Source of the DNA: Vermamoeba vermiformis
Taxonomy: Eukaryota
Direction of reading: 5' to 3'
Length of the DNA: 61,428 bases
NCBI GenBank assembly: GCA_045837725.1
Contig: JBEWZL010000207.1
Coordinates: 1 to 61,428 of the forward strand
Shown here: positions 21,364 through 35,020 of the stretch, piece by piece
How the letters are laid out: every line of letters starts with the position of its first letter
Position numbering within the stretch: position 1 is the first letter of the stretch
Program-made: the position numbers and the translations under genes
The notes under the pieces: generated by a model
Database searches by the model: none
The model's input: only the letters and a program-made list of their open reading frames with translations
What the model was told of the DNA's origin: nothing

Positions 21364-24273
21364 TTAAGCGGTCCATTGATCCAACCAAGCCAACACCGTG
21401 TCGTACCACATGATGCTGTTCTTGGGACGCAAGACCCAGTGATTTTCTTCAGGGAAGAACAACATCTTCGAAGGAATGCCTTGGCGTTGCAAAGCAGTGA
21501 ACACGCCGAGGCCTTGAGTGATGGGCAGACGATAGTCGCGACCACCGTGAATGACAAGCATAGGAGTCTTCCAGTTCTGCACGTACAACGCAGGGTTGAA
21601 CTGCTCGAAGCCAGTCATGTTAACCCAAGGCAAGCCTAACAGAGGATTAGACGCGCCGTTCGCAATAGGATTACTTTCGGCATCACTTACTGCCAAACTC
21701 CCAAGTAGGGAACCACAACTCATCCGTCTCGAAGAAGCCAGCACGAGTGTCGAACAAACCATCGTGCGTGACCAAGCAGCGGAAACGATCAGTTTGACCG
21801 GCGATCCAGTTGATCATCTGAGAAGGGAAGGTCAGATCAGCTTGTAAGGTCTATGGATACTTACGAAGCCACCATAGGAAGCACCGAGGGCACAAACATT
21901 AGCTAAACAAGAACTCGTTAGGCAATGACTAATGACATAAAATGAGTCTTACAAGGATCGACCCAATCGTAGTTCTTGAGGACAAAGTCTACACCGCGCA
22001 TGATGTCTTGGAAAGGAGCACCACCCCAGTCACCGCTCACACGGTCAGTGAATGCTTGACCGAAGCCAGTGGAGCCGTGAGGGTTGATCGTCACGACACC
22101 ATAACCACGTGCCAAGTAGAGTTGAGGGTTCCATCTGTAGCTCCAGTCGTTGTTCCACGAGCCTTGAGGACCACCGTGAATGAGCACGGCCAAAGGAACA
22201 TCTCTGCTCGCAATCATCGTTAGACAAAGACCTCCGAGTAACTGGGTATTGGGTCTGACTTACTGAGCGTTGTTGTTGGGTCTCCAGATCCAGCCTTGGA
22301 CTTGCGAGCCATTCCAGCCTTGGAAGTAGAATGATTGGCCTTGAGGGAAAGCGTACTTGCTAGCCAAGTTGTAGTTGAGGAACGTCAATTGCTCGGGTTG
22401 TCCTCCAATTTCGCCAGTCTTTGAAATAGCAACGGTGAACATATCAGTGGGGGCATTCCACGAGTCCATCAACAAGACAACAGCGTCGTAGCCCATGACC
22501 GATGCTACAGCCATTTGTCCGTGCCAGTTGCCGTCGGTCAACACGCGAGTAGCCTGTCACCAAGGAATTAGTAATGAATAATTGACGGAGTGCCCGTAAT
22601 AGACTTACGGTTTGGTTGCCAATGTTGATCAAGAACAACGCATGGTTGCCATCGTCGTCAGCATCAGCGTACAACGAAGAGTCATCAATGCTCCAGGCCA
22701 GAGCTGTGGTCTGTTAGTCGTCGTTCAAACTTTGCTCAAACAGCGCACTTACATTCGGGAGAGCGGTCCCAGCTGTCGCAAATGCGTCTGTTGGTTTGCT
22801 TGATGCGGTTGAACAAAGTGATGTGCAAGCGGTCAGCTTCAAAACCAGGGCGGTCCATTGTCCTACACGGACTAAGTAAGTTTTCAATAAACTGGATAAT
22901 AGGAGCTTACAAATAAGCAATGGTAATGCCGTCGTGGCTGTAGACAGGATTTTGAGCACGAGCCTTGTATGGTTGCGAGATCCAGTTGATGTGCACGGGA
23001 TTGTAAGCACTGAATTGTCAGTTGTGAGTACGAGTAATGTGACGTTAGAAGATAGGTTAGACGTACTCGACAGTATACACTCTCCAGCTAGTGTTCCAAG
23101 CCTCTTGGTTGTCATCAACGGCAGCGGTGAATGCGATTTCAGAACTGTCCGGAGAAATGTCTGGAATTCGATTAATTAGCGGTGTTCCACAACTTTTCAA
23201 GGAGTCCTTACCAAACTGTTCTAAGCCACCGAAAGGAGGAACAGGGCTGTTGAGTCTGAGTCCTTGGAGCAAATCGACAGGAGGAGTCGAAGGAGCAGAG
23301 CGGCCAATACGACGTAAAATTTTGTCAGCTGGATGTGCAGGGGTGCGAGCTTCAGTCACCTCAGACAAGTCCAATCTGAAGAGGTGAGAGACCTTGCCGT
23401 CATCATACACGTCCCAGTGACGAACGAACCTACATACTTGATAAGAAGCTAGTAATATTTGAGGTTGCTTACAATTTGGTAAAGATGAATCCGGTGTTGG
23501 ATCCACGAGCAGCAATCTCTGCATCACGAGTAGCAGTGCAGTTCAAATCAGGGCAATCAACGTACACACGTGCAGTGAACAACAAGTAGTCACCTAAAAG
23601 CGGATATAAGCTCGAGTGAGTGATTAATATTGTGTATAGAATTACCGCTCGGAGACCACTTCAAGTTGTCAATATCAACGGGCAAATCAGTTAATTGCGC
23701 GGGAGTCTTATCCGAACCGTCAAGACCCATCATCCAAATTTGAGTTGAGCCTATTGTGTTCACACGCGAAGTCAGCTTCGAAACTTCCTGGCTGAATTCT
23801 AATTACCTGATCTGGTCGACAAAAATGCGACAACGTCGCTGCCAGGAGAAATAACGGGATTGTAGTCGCTTTTACCAGCTGTAATTAATATTATTAACAA
23901 TTTTCTGATTTTTTAGAAGATATTTTATGGTAAAATTACCAGGGGGCATAGTTAAGGTTGCTTCAGTGCTGTTGTTGTAAATAATTTGCAAATTAGTGGT
24001 TGATTTATCGGTGGCTTCATCCTATTTATAACAATTAGTGTTTGAAATTGGTTTGACATCCAAAATATTGCAGATTAGCTTCAAGAGTTTCCACGAATAA
24101 AAGTACGAAAATAAAATTACCCAATGTTTGACAGCGTAAACAACTGAGGTGGTTGTGGCTGCGTATCCAGAGAATCTGTTCAACGAGTGCAGAGCATGGC
24201 CATCGAATACGGCCATGGAGCCTAAAAATAGTCCAAGCAGAACTACGGCCAATAAATAGACGTGTTTGGCCAT
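21364..24273 (-). CDS. Secreted S9 family peptidase (dipeptidyl-peptidase 5-like)
   Basis: Signal peptide; propeller segments; IHGGPQG, GASYGG nucleophile elbow, HGGRDYR, FPEENHWVL. Confidence 0.92.
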
Positions 24274-24430
24274 GGCTTACAGTTCAAAAAAAAAACAAAA
24301 TGTTCTTGTGCACGAAACTTCTCTTTGCCCTTCAGCACCGAGCGCACACGTGCTTTTACAACAACATTAGATATTATCGAATATACATTTTATGGGTAAC
24401 TGTACAAGGTTGTGTTCAGCAGACAGGGAA

Positions 24431-25794
24431 TTAGTCGTCTTGTGCACCAGCGTCACTGTGCGCGTCATTAGCACCGTCAATGAGCTCATTATCTTCATCC
24501 TCTCCTTTTTCTATTAAATAAATCATTAATATAAAAGCGCGCATTAACTCAGTGAATAATACATACCTTGCTCGATAACCATCTGATCTGCACCAGTAGC
24601 TGCTTCGGAGTCTTCTAGCCGCTCAGTCGAGGCATTGACATCAACTTCCTGCTCGGCTTCTGCGACGTATTGTGCTTCAGGGTTTATAATGTCAAACTTG
24701 AGAATTGGTTCTTCGTCTGTTGGTGCCCACCACGACACCATGCCCATGCCTGACTCGTACGTGGAGGCCTGTCAATATGTTAATCGATGACACTGGGACC
24801 ATGATAACGACAGATAGACGTACAGTAATGATGATTGGTGACACGAGGGCGTTGTCTGCGGTCGCGCCAGACACGTGTTCACCGGTCGCTGTATTATCAC
24901 CTGCGGCAGCGGCTGCGTTGGCTGTTGTAGTAGCAGCAGTAGGTGCTGAGCTCGGTGCGAGGGACTGGTTGTTAGTGGGATTGAGCATCAACGACTTGAC
25001 TGAAGGCGGGTTGAACTGGACACTTTCAACTCGACACCTGCACTCACTCGTTAGCACGAGCTCATTATTCTATCGTATTTTTATGTGCGCACCTGATGAG
25101 TTTTTTGGCCTCCATAACTAACTCGTGCTCGCCATATTGCCAAACCCATTTGCCGTCGTCACTAAAAGATTGTTGGCACGTGTTGGACGAGATAAAGATA
25201 TTTTATACGTACAAGGCAGAAGGATCGGGTAAAAATGAAGCGGGGATGTAAATGTGCTCGAAGAATTTGATGGAAACTAGCGTCGTTAGTATTTCTGGTA
25301 TTATTCTCGAAACTGATCGGATCTTCAACGCCTTACCTCGAATGTAGTCTTGAGTGCATTCTTTAATTTCTCCTACTAATATTTCGCCCAAAAAAGGCTT
25401 AAACACGATCATTCTGAACTTAACTCTCGTGTGGCTGCAAAACAAAAATCAGCAATTAATTCAAAAACTAAATTGCCAAAAAATGCAATAAATTGCTTAC
25501 ATATACTATAATTATTATGGGGTGATTTTATTAATTTTTTTAACGTACCTTCCACCGTCTCCTGCCATAATAATGCCATCTCCGACATCCACAATATCGT
25601 ACAGCTTTATACATAATCCAATGTTTTCTAGTACCTACACAATAATTAATATTCTCATCGGTGAGTTGATTTGACAGCCATACTCTGTTAGAATATTTTT
25701 TGTTGATCTGGAACTGGATCGCCTCCAACTCCTTCGCGTCGAACTCGCTGGGAGGAATTCGCACGGTATCTTCAATGAGGGCGAGTAAAAACAT
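24431..25794 (-). CDS. RPC8: RNA polymerase III subunit RPC8 (C25)
   Basis: MFLLALIEDTVRIPP..INKKYSNRV; FRMIVFKPFLGEILVG.I; FFEHIYIP; RCRVESVQF; GMGMVSWW; acidic tail and an Ala/Thr-rich insertion. Confidence 0.9.
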
Positions 25795-26098
25795 AAAAGT
25801 TTTGGATTGTTGATCCTTTGTTGTGCGAGCAAGAGCGACTGCGCCAAAATAAGCTAAAATCTCCATTTATCTCCCAATTTCATTTCGGGCCGTAAGTTCC
25901 GCAACGCCGTTTTCGGCAATTCTTTGCTTTTATTTAACGCTCAATACGGTGAACTATAGCGGACGTCCCGAGCGTCACTACTTTCAGCTGGTGAACAAAC
26001 TAATTTTGGCAAACAATCGTGCCAAAGTTTGAAATCCCAAAACTTAGCTGTTGCAAAGTCACTTTTGAATCAAACGACCACAAAAGTCCACGACAAAA

Positions 26099-29000
26099 AT
26101 GAGGCACTCTCTTTTGTTGCTGGTGGTATCGTTAATAGCTGTGGTTTACTACGCGTGTGCAGGTAAGACGCATCTGATCTATCAGAAAACAAAAATTAAG
26201 CAACGAATAATAATTTATTTTATTTTCGCAGCTGCGCCGCAAGTAGTAAATGCTGACTACGAAGTAAGTTTCAACGCCAAAGTATTATTCCACGCGCAAT
26301 ATGTAACAGTTAATTTCATAGATCAAGACCGCTGTAATTGCGGGAACGGAATATAAATCAGCTGTATTTAATATCGACTTCGACCAAGACATTTATCTTC
26401 TGGAAAATTTCCCCTGTCCATGCGGTAGTTGCTCATCGACGAATTTGCCCGCCGTTAATGAAACAGGTTACAACATTTCGTCATTGGCTCTTAACACGTG
26501 GGCAGAGGTACTTTATATATGATTCATTATCTTAATAATATCGAATCTTAATCTAAATTGGTTCACACCTGTTATGGATTCTGATCGTTACACGTGTCTC
26601 AGGACGAACTTGTCGGCACTGGCTCAATTAAATACTACAAATTTACCATCGACAGTACGCAGGCGTGCCATAATATCTACGTCGAAACGGAAAGTCTAAC
26701 GGGCTTCATTGCCGTTTACGTATCCAGCCGAAGGTAAGCAATGTGTTCTCATTGTCAAGTAGATCGGATACAGCAACGTTAATTCACAATTAATTTCTTC
26801 TGCTTTCGGTTTATTCAATGACATTCATTCGAATCATTTAATGTGATAGATTAGAGGAGGGGACACGATATGAAACCTGAAACTAACCACGTTTGTTATC
26901 CAGAGTTCCAGTCACAGACGATTACGATTGGTATCGCCCTGTATCGGGCAGACGCTACCTGCCTCTTTGCAATTCGCACAGCGCCTTCGGAGTGGGAACT
27001 TACTACGTGGGAGTGCGCGCCAACAATTTTTTCAACGTTTACAACCGCTACAAGGTGCGCGTTGTGACGCAAAGCACCGGAACCTGTCCTCCTACAAGAA
27101 CAATGCCGTCTATTCCTACAGGTAAGCGTTTTGATTCAGTAATATCTACCGACTTTTTCCTATTTTGGACAATTTCCAGTTTTAGATCTCTGAAAAATTT
27201 TTTCGATTGCTTGGTCAATCGTTATAATCGCCGCTTTAACGGGTAGTTACGCATCTTATAATTTTTCCATTCGAATCAGATTATCCAGCATCGTTCCGGT
27301 GGGTTCAAGATGGAATTCCAATCAATAATTTCGCTCAGCCCGGTGTCTATCATTATTATGGCTATAATGTGGAGACTCCTTGCACTAGATTCGCTGCATC
27401 TGTCCATAAGAACACTAGTCTTGTCGGTGACGTGGATATATACGTATCAACTTTGAACCACGATATTGGCTTCCGTCGCAATCTTGATTTTAGAAACGAT
27501 TGGCTGTCGAATTTGGACGGTGAAGATTCGGTCACCTTTTATCGCTGCTCTGAGACAGTTCCATGGACCATTTTCATGGCTGTTACTGCTTATGATTTGG
27601 AGACTGGTTACGACATTGTTGCCACTACACGTGAGTATACTATTGACAAGTCTATAAAAGGTACTGCCTTCTAACTAATGTATACAGAGGACTCGACATT
27701 CATGTACACGGACATTAATTCTATGCAATTGAATTCGCCGCAGAACCATCTTGCTCGTAAGTGCCAATTTGCAACCCAATTTAGGTGTTAATATACTTAT
27801 GCATTCAATAGGTACATTCCGTCTTGAGTGCAGTGACCCCAACGTTGCGGCAAACGTTGAAAGATTTTACTGCGAGTTCCCTGCGTACGACCGTTGTTTG
27901 ACTGACGCAGGCTTTTACTGCTGTTATCCAATGTACCCCATTGCAGCTATCGAGACCACTAATCCTTACTGGCCTTGGAACGCTGCCAATTCTCGCATTA
28001 GATCCGTCGCTCAACTTTCATGGTAAGTATAAACTTTTCCTTAGCTGAATTGTTGCTGATCGTTCTTTAGGGCTGATGAAAACTACCAAATTGATTGGAT
28101 TCGCAATCGCATTTCTTTTGCTCTATTGATGTCTACGAGGTTTGAAGACGACTACTTCAGATTCGTTCAATCAGATGACCTTTCGAGCTGTAAGGTCGTG
28201 TGGTTAGGATCAATCGTCAATCAACAGGGAGAGGTACAGTCACCATATACGCCCATAATAGGCACCGGATCTAATGCATTTCAGGCTATTTCAACGGATA
28301 CCGAGTTCAAAGCCAAGGATTTGCAATGCACCAAATCGATTGATACTTTAGTCCACGAGAGCACGACAATCATCGAAGACATGTCACAATCGACCGACTA
28401 TTTGGAACTCACCAAGTCACACTTTAAGATTAATTTTGAGTACTTGAAGGAGGATTGGGGAGGTTGCAACAAGTTTGTTCTTAATTTTGGTGAAAGCACC
28501 ACTCAAACTCTTGTCATACCCGACATTCGTGCTTGCACGCACTTCCCGAACACGACCTCGTGGAGCGAAGACCCTTGCTGCAACGCTGAGTAAGTACCGT
28601 GAAATTAGTTTGGGCTTTGATGCTAACGAAGATTTAGGTTGCAATTCGAGCAATGCTGTGCTGCTCAAAACTTGGACTTGTCTAACACGGTAATGACTGC
28701 CAATCCTAACGCCGATGCCATTACAGCGAAGTGCTACACTCCTTCGTGCACCAAGAAACAAGTGCTGAACTTGGCGTCATTGCAGAAGGGCATCAATGAC
28801 TTGAATACAGGTACGTCTACGACTACTTCGTCGCGCTTGTGCTGATCATCTCTAGGTTGCACTGCCAACTTTATTCAACAAGCAGACCCTACCTTGGTAG
28901 ATTCGCTTTCAAGCTTCGTTCGCGATTGTCAAGTGCAAATTTGGGGCGAACAACTCGAAGGTGTCAAGTGCTCCAATGACAGCGATTGCTACAGCAACAA

Positions 29001-32000
29001 CTGCAACAAAACTTTTGGCATTTGCACGCAGGGCATTGAAGAGACATTGTCGTGCCTCGCCGACAAAGTGAATCCCATCGTTGGAAGATTTTTGTTCAAC
29101 CAATGGGGCATCTTGGCAAACGTTACCAAGGACCTTTTGGTCGAGCAGTTGCGCACCCGATTTGTCATTTCGAATCAGTGCACTGGTCCTACTTCGATCA
29201 AGTACCGTGACAACTACTGGTGGAGCAGAGACGAGGCCACGTGTTCCGATGACTGCTTGGTCAACGGTCTCGAAACTCACTGCTTGGATACACTTTGCCC
29301 CATTCTTCCTGTTTGCGATTATCAACAACTCGGCTTGTGTTATCGTAGCTGGGTACGTACATGCCGTGGTTGCCGTGAGATATCCTCTTCTAACATTTTT
29401 AATTAGTACTTCACTCAAGGCAAGGTTGGCAACTGTTTGAATGACAAGACATGCAACTGGTTGTCCTGCGCAAACAAGACAGCTGCACAATGTGAGAGCG
29501 ACTGCAACACGTTTACTGCAGATCATTTCTGCGGTGACTGTCGCTCTGGCACTTACCCGTGCAAAGAAATGACTGACAGAACTGACAAAACTACGTGCGA
29601 CACGGGAGTTTGCAGTGTAGACTCGTCTATTCCTCCTGATCAATGTGCGAACTATGGTTCTTGCACTGCTCTCTGCAGTGGCGGTGCTTGTCTCAACAAG
29701 ACTGCTTGCGAAAGCAGCGGAACAGTAAGTTGAACATAACAATCTTTAGGCTCGTCTAACGCACTTCGTTTAGTGCTCTGATCTGGCATTGTTCGCCAAC
29801 TTTATCAAGGCCAAGCCCGCTGCTACTGGCGTTTGTTTGTCACATTTCGTGTTCTCTTTGGACGGCTCTGCTGTGTGCGACGAAGCTTCACAGCTCCAAA
29901 CTGATGTCGGTTGTGCTGAGCTTTCAGTAACCCAAGGTCAGTGCACTGGTGCGAATCAACGCTGGTGGAATTTTGCCTCGTCAGCTCAGCAATGCTCGTT
30001 CACCGTCTGTCAAGAGACTTACAACGGCAACCGCTTTAACACGTGGAAGACTCCAGCGGAGTGTCTATCAACTTGCGGTGGAAAGTCAGTTGACGTGCTT
30101 ACTTGGACACCGGTATGTTGTCTCGTAGCTGCATTACTCGTCGTTCTAATCGGAGTGCGTAGGGTCAATGGTCTCAAGGCACAGTGCAGCCATTAGTTTG
30201 GTTGCCTCGTCAATATATTACTGTCAATTCGCTAGGTCAAATCTTTGACTTCATTTCATTCCGTAGCGCAATCAACAACGCCATTGTCAATAAGTTGGCA
30301 TTCGCTTACACGACAGAAGCACTGTGCCGTTACGACTCCCTTGTAAAGGCTGTGAGTTACATCGCTTGCGACTGCAACTCAGACATTTACGACGGTGACT
30401 GTGCTCACGGTGACATCTCTGCTTCGTACTTGGTCGGAGCCCTGGCTGCTTGCCCGTACATCGAGTCATCTTTGAACGTACGTGCTCGTGTTATATTACT
30501 TGAAATTTAAGTATGTAACCTTTTCATAGGCACCTCCTGCCTTCCTCACGGTATTCTCGAACACAATTTCTCAGAACTCCTTCTGCAAGGCCGTACAACT
30601 CGATCGATTGCCCGCAGCGTTCTTCCAAGTCGAAACGACCCTCGCTTTGTCTTCAGAGATTTATCAAAAGAGACTGTTCAACACTTTCTCAGTCGTTAAG
30701 AACGATCAAGGAGCTACGATTGGTCAAATCGTGACTGACGGCATCAAGATCCGTATTGACGACAGCTCCGCTATTGCCAATGAATTCGAGCTTTGCATTC
30801 AAATCAACGATGACATTGGCGTCTACAACGAGTACACTGAGAACGGGTTCGCAGTGTTAGAGTAAGCCTTGCGTTCTTTAGTACATCGAGAAGTTAATTA
30901 ACCCTTTCTTAGCGAATCTACCAATACTATTTACTCGACAAGTTTCGATATCACGCGCAACGGCAATCAGATCTGCGCTCGAGTTTTCAACGGCACATTC
31001 TTTGGTATTGCCCGCATGGAGTCCTGGGAGGAAGAACAACCTTTTGACGAGCAACAACAGCAAATGAAGTGGGTTGGTGTCGCGTTCTATTTCCTTGGTG
31101 CAGCCTTTGGTGTCTTCCAATTGATTATTATTGCTATGCACCATACCAACCTCCGCCGTACCCGCACTAAGAAGATTATCTTCTGCGTGTTCACTCTTGC
31201 ATTCTTGTTGCGTAAGTTTTCCAAACTACTAATTTAATTTATTTTAATCCAGATCAAACACAAATTTAAATCTGGAATCGCGAACATTTCATTTTCGTAC
31301 ATTTTCGACCTTGTAAACGAAAAGCGGATTAATAATTATTACTTCTTTAGTCCGAGGCATTTACTTCACGTTCCCGCCTTCATTGCTTGCGGATTCGTTC
31401 GTGATCCAGTACTTGCTGTTCGAGTTGCCGCAGTTCATGTTCTTCTCGCTCTACACCATCATTTTGTTCTTGTGGAACCAGGTCTTGATTCGACAATCAG
31501 TCGTCTCCAAGGGCCGCTCCAGAGGTCGCATCCGTCGAGCATTGATCGGTTACCTCGTTGCCAATGCCTTCATGTACGCAGTGTTCGTCGTCTTCTTGCT
31601 GATCTATCGATTCTGGGATAGCGCTACTGAAGTCTGTCTCATCGATATCTCCACTGCTGCGACACAAGATCGCTTCTACATCACATTGGCCTATCGTATT
31701 TTCATCGCCGTTGTCTGCTTTGGCGTCAGTTTGGCGTTCATGATTCAAGGCATCAAGTTCATAGTTGTAAGTACCACTGCAGTGTACACTATACACCCAA
31801 CAAGTGCTAATTGCATGTTGTACTTCAGATCTTCCGTAAGAGCAAGATGGTGAACACGTCGGGCAAGAAGAGTCGTGTCAGAATTTTGATCACGTTTGTC
31901 GCCGTGCTATGTACGGCGTTATTCATTGGCCGAACAATCGTCTTCTTGTACGCAGCTGTCACGGGCAATCAAGTCGTCATTATCATCTTCGTCTTGTTCG

Positions 32001-32533
32001 AGGCATTGCCTTGCTACGGTACGTTACAAGTCTACTGTCTCATATAGCTCTCCATTACTAACGCACTGTTCTTAGCACTATTGTACTATTTGCGTCCGTT
32101 CAACTTCAAAGACATCCTTGGCGTGAGTGGAGACTCCACTACTCAAGGTAGTTCAGCGCGTGGCGTCTCGATGAACTCTGCCAAAGAGTACCCTTACTCT
32201 AACACCACGCACACAAACAACGCGTCGACTACCAACGATACCGATCGTCATACGGATGGTGAAGAGTACCCGAGTGACTCTGATAGTGAGATGGATACTG
32301 CTCGTACGGGCACACTGCGCAGAAATTCCACAGCTGTGCCTCCTGCAGCGATGGAAGAGGGCTTGACGAACAACAACACTCTGCCAACACCATTGCCCAT
32401 GGACATCAAGAGCAGCTCAGAGCCTAGTCCCTCCGAGAGATCTTCGTCTTCGAACGATTCAGATGACGAGAACTCTTCGTCGTCTTCATCGAGTAGCAAA
32501 CAAGACAGTAGCCAATACTCTTCGTCAAACTAA
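26099..32533 (+). CDS. Very large multi-exon receptor-like protein: signal peptide, Cys-rich ectodomain, C-terminal multi-pass (THH1/TOM1-like 7TM) region, Ser-rich tail
   Basis: Signal peptide MRHSLLLLVV; GDVDIYVS motif; many Cys repeats; hydrophobic helices at 31070-32100 including ELPQFMFFSLYTIILFLW. Confidence 0.75.
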
Positions 32534-32690
32534 ATAATAACTACAACCTAATGTAAATTTTGTATTTAAGCGCGTTTAATTAAATTCCCTATTAAATTAT
32601 CTTCTTTAAGAGTCCTTCTAACGACACCGACGTCGTTTCATCGGCAGCAACTTATCGGGAGATAAACTTATTGAGAGCGCAGGGCTTTGT

Positions 32691-34531
32691 TTACAAGGTA
32701 AAAACAGAAATCAAAGCAATGATCGTTGTTCCAACAAACGATGCACTGCTTGTTTTTCGTGAAGGAGTATTCCCTGCGCTTGGTGTTGCAACGGAGCCAG
32801 GAGCATCAGCGATGGGAGTGTCTACTGGAATGGCAACAGGACCAGTCGTGCAAGTGAAGCCATCACCACTGAAGCCAGGGTTGCACCTGCACGAGTATCC
32901 GAACATCTCTTCAACACACACAGCGTTCACGTCACACTTGTTGGCAGCGGGAGAAGAGCACTGGTCGCCGGGAATGAACCAAATGTCTTTTCGACTAGGA
33001 ATATGAGCGGGAGTGCTTAAATAGCCACCGACAATGTACGTGTCACCGTTGAAGTTTCTCGAATTTGTTGCTGCAAAGCTTGTCGTGCAAGGGTACTTCG
33101 AGCCAGGCTGACGATAGTTTACATAAGTACCGTTGGTTTCGAGTACGTTAATGCTGCCGTAGCCAAGCTTCCATTGCTTCAAGCTCTTGCTGTACACCCA
33201 CACTTGATCGCTAGCCCCAGCTGTTCCGTTGTCATTGAATGTGGTACCAGGGACAAGCAACAGAGTACCGTCCATTCGGTCCACCAACAGCGAGCCTTGC
33301 GAGGCGCCCGGATGGTTGTCAGCATGAAAATCAGCAGATACTGATACAGAACGAGCTTTGAAAGTATCAGGGCCGTACTCAAGCTCGTACTGTCTCGTGC
33401 CACTGGTGTCAAAAGTCCACAAGCTGCCGTAGTCGCCCGTTCCAGAGGCACTTTGGCCCCAACCACCAAACAACCAGACACGATCATTCTCGTCCATAAA
33501 ACAGCCCGCAAGTTCAGTTCCACCGTAGAATGTTGCATTGTGCGTCCGAGTGATGGGAAAAGTGCTACCGTAGATAAAGTTCCAGTTCAGCGACGTAGTG
33601 TTGAAGTGCCACACGCTGTTTGAGATGCCGTAGTAGTTGTAGCCGCCAAGGAGCCACAGGTTGTTTTGCGTGTCAGCGACCAAACAATGACCTTCGTACT
33701 GACCAGGCCACACGTCTTCGCCAGCTTGACCAGGAATAGCACCTTTACTCGGGAGAGTATTCGACGGGTGCTGTCCAAACACTCTCATGAACATCCACGA
33801 AGTCGTGTTGAACATCCACAACTCGCCGTTGTACTCGTACGAATAGAGCCACAGATTGTCGTATTTATCCACAGTCATGCCACTGTAAGCGATACCACCA
33901 GGATGATTGTTCTCGTCAGGTACACCAAGGGTACCGGCTTGGCGTGGATTTTGGACGACCGGGTCGTTGGATGCGGTGCTGCTGTTTCCCCACACGTAGC
34001 GATATTGGTCCGTCTTCGGGTTGTAATTCCACACGTTGAACAAAAATGGCTGATCCATGTAGGAAGCAATACGATAGTTCATACCGAACATGATCCAAAG
34101 GATGCCCTTTGAATCCATGGCAGTAAGTGGCACGTTTCCACGAGGACCAGCCCCGTTGGTGATAGTAGACCAAACACCCTTTTCGGCGCTATAGTCTTCC
34201 ACGATATCGGCCGGTGAAGCTGAGAATGTTTATCAAATTAGTTTACGTTTTGCAGTGCAATTAACAGACTTTATATGGTAAAAGGTAAGCTGCGTCGGGC
34301 CATCCAATTTAACGCGTTGCCTCAACCAGAATACTATTTTTAATCTTTACAAATTTTTAAATAATCTAAAAAAGCGTTTTTGGTTACACTACTGAAATCT
34401 ATATAATTCATCCGGTAGTACTTACAAAGGTCAGTATTGGAGGGAGAAATCCAGATGGGCTCGTAGGAAGTGGCACTAACCATTCCGTAAAGAATGAAAA
34501 TAGCGCTCAAAGCTGCGAGATAACGTTTCAT
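32691..34531 (-). CDS. Secreted Kelch/galactose-oxidase-like propeller protein with EGF domain, Pro-rich stalk and probable GPI signal
   Basis: Signal peptide; repeats LWLLGG, VWLFGGWG; EGF CDVNAVC...YSCRCNPGFSGDGFTC; hydrophobic C-terminus. Confidence 0.8.
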
Positions 34532-35020
34532 GGCTTGTAGTTGCCCTTGCAAAAACAATAATCAGTAAATGCACAACGAGACTTGTAGCTCTGGCCTGCC
34601 TAAGAACGCTGAGGTCAAGTTTTAAAAACTATTTTCAACGATTCCGCAGGTTTAAACTGAAAAGACCAAATTTGGAATTTTTGTACCGGATAATTTTTAA
34701 CCGACCAATCCGATTTGAAGCTGTTTTTTCTGAGCTACTTCCTATAAACGTTGAATCATAAGTACATTTGAATGACGCTGCAATTCTCCGCCACGATCAA
34801 GTTACCTATGGACGGCTGCGATGTAAAGTCGGAGCAGTTCATCCATCCGCCACCATCGAAGAAAGAAAGCTAGAAACTAAATTGTAACAATTTGTTATTG
34901 CTTAGAGTAATATTGTATGCCGAAGATCCAATACCAGGACTGCCATTTTTTTTTTGATTTTCTTTCATTGGCAGCGAAGTTTTTTGTTCAACAGCTCCTT
35001 CATAAATATTAATTACAAAG

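Noticed and set aside
28909-29742. 277-aa minus-strand ORF and similar antisense ORFs across the window
   Set aside because: Shadow frames opposite well-supported coding exons.
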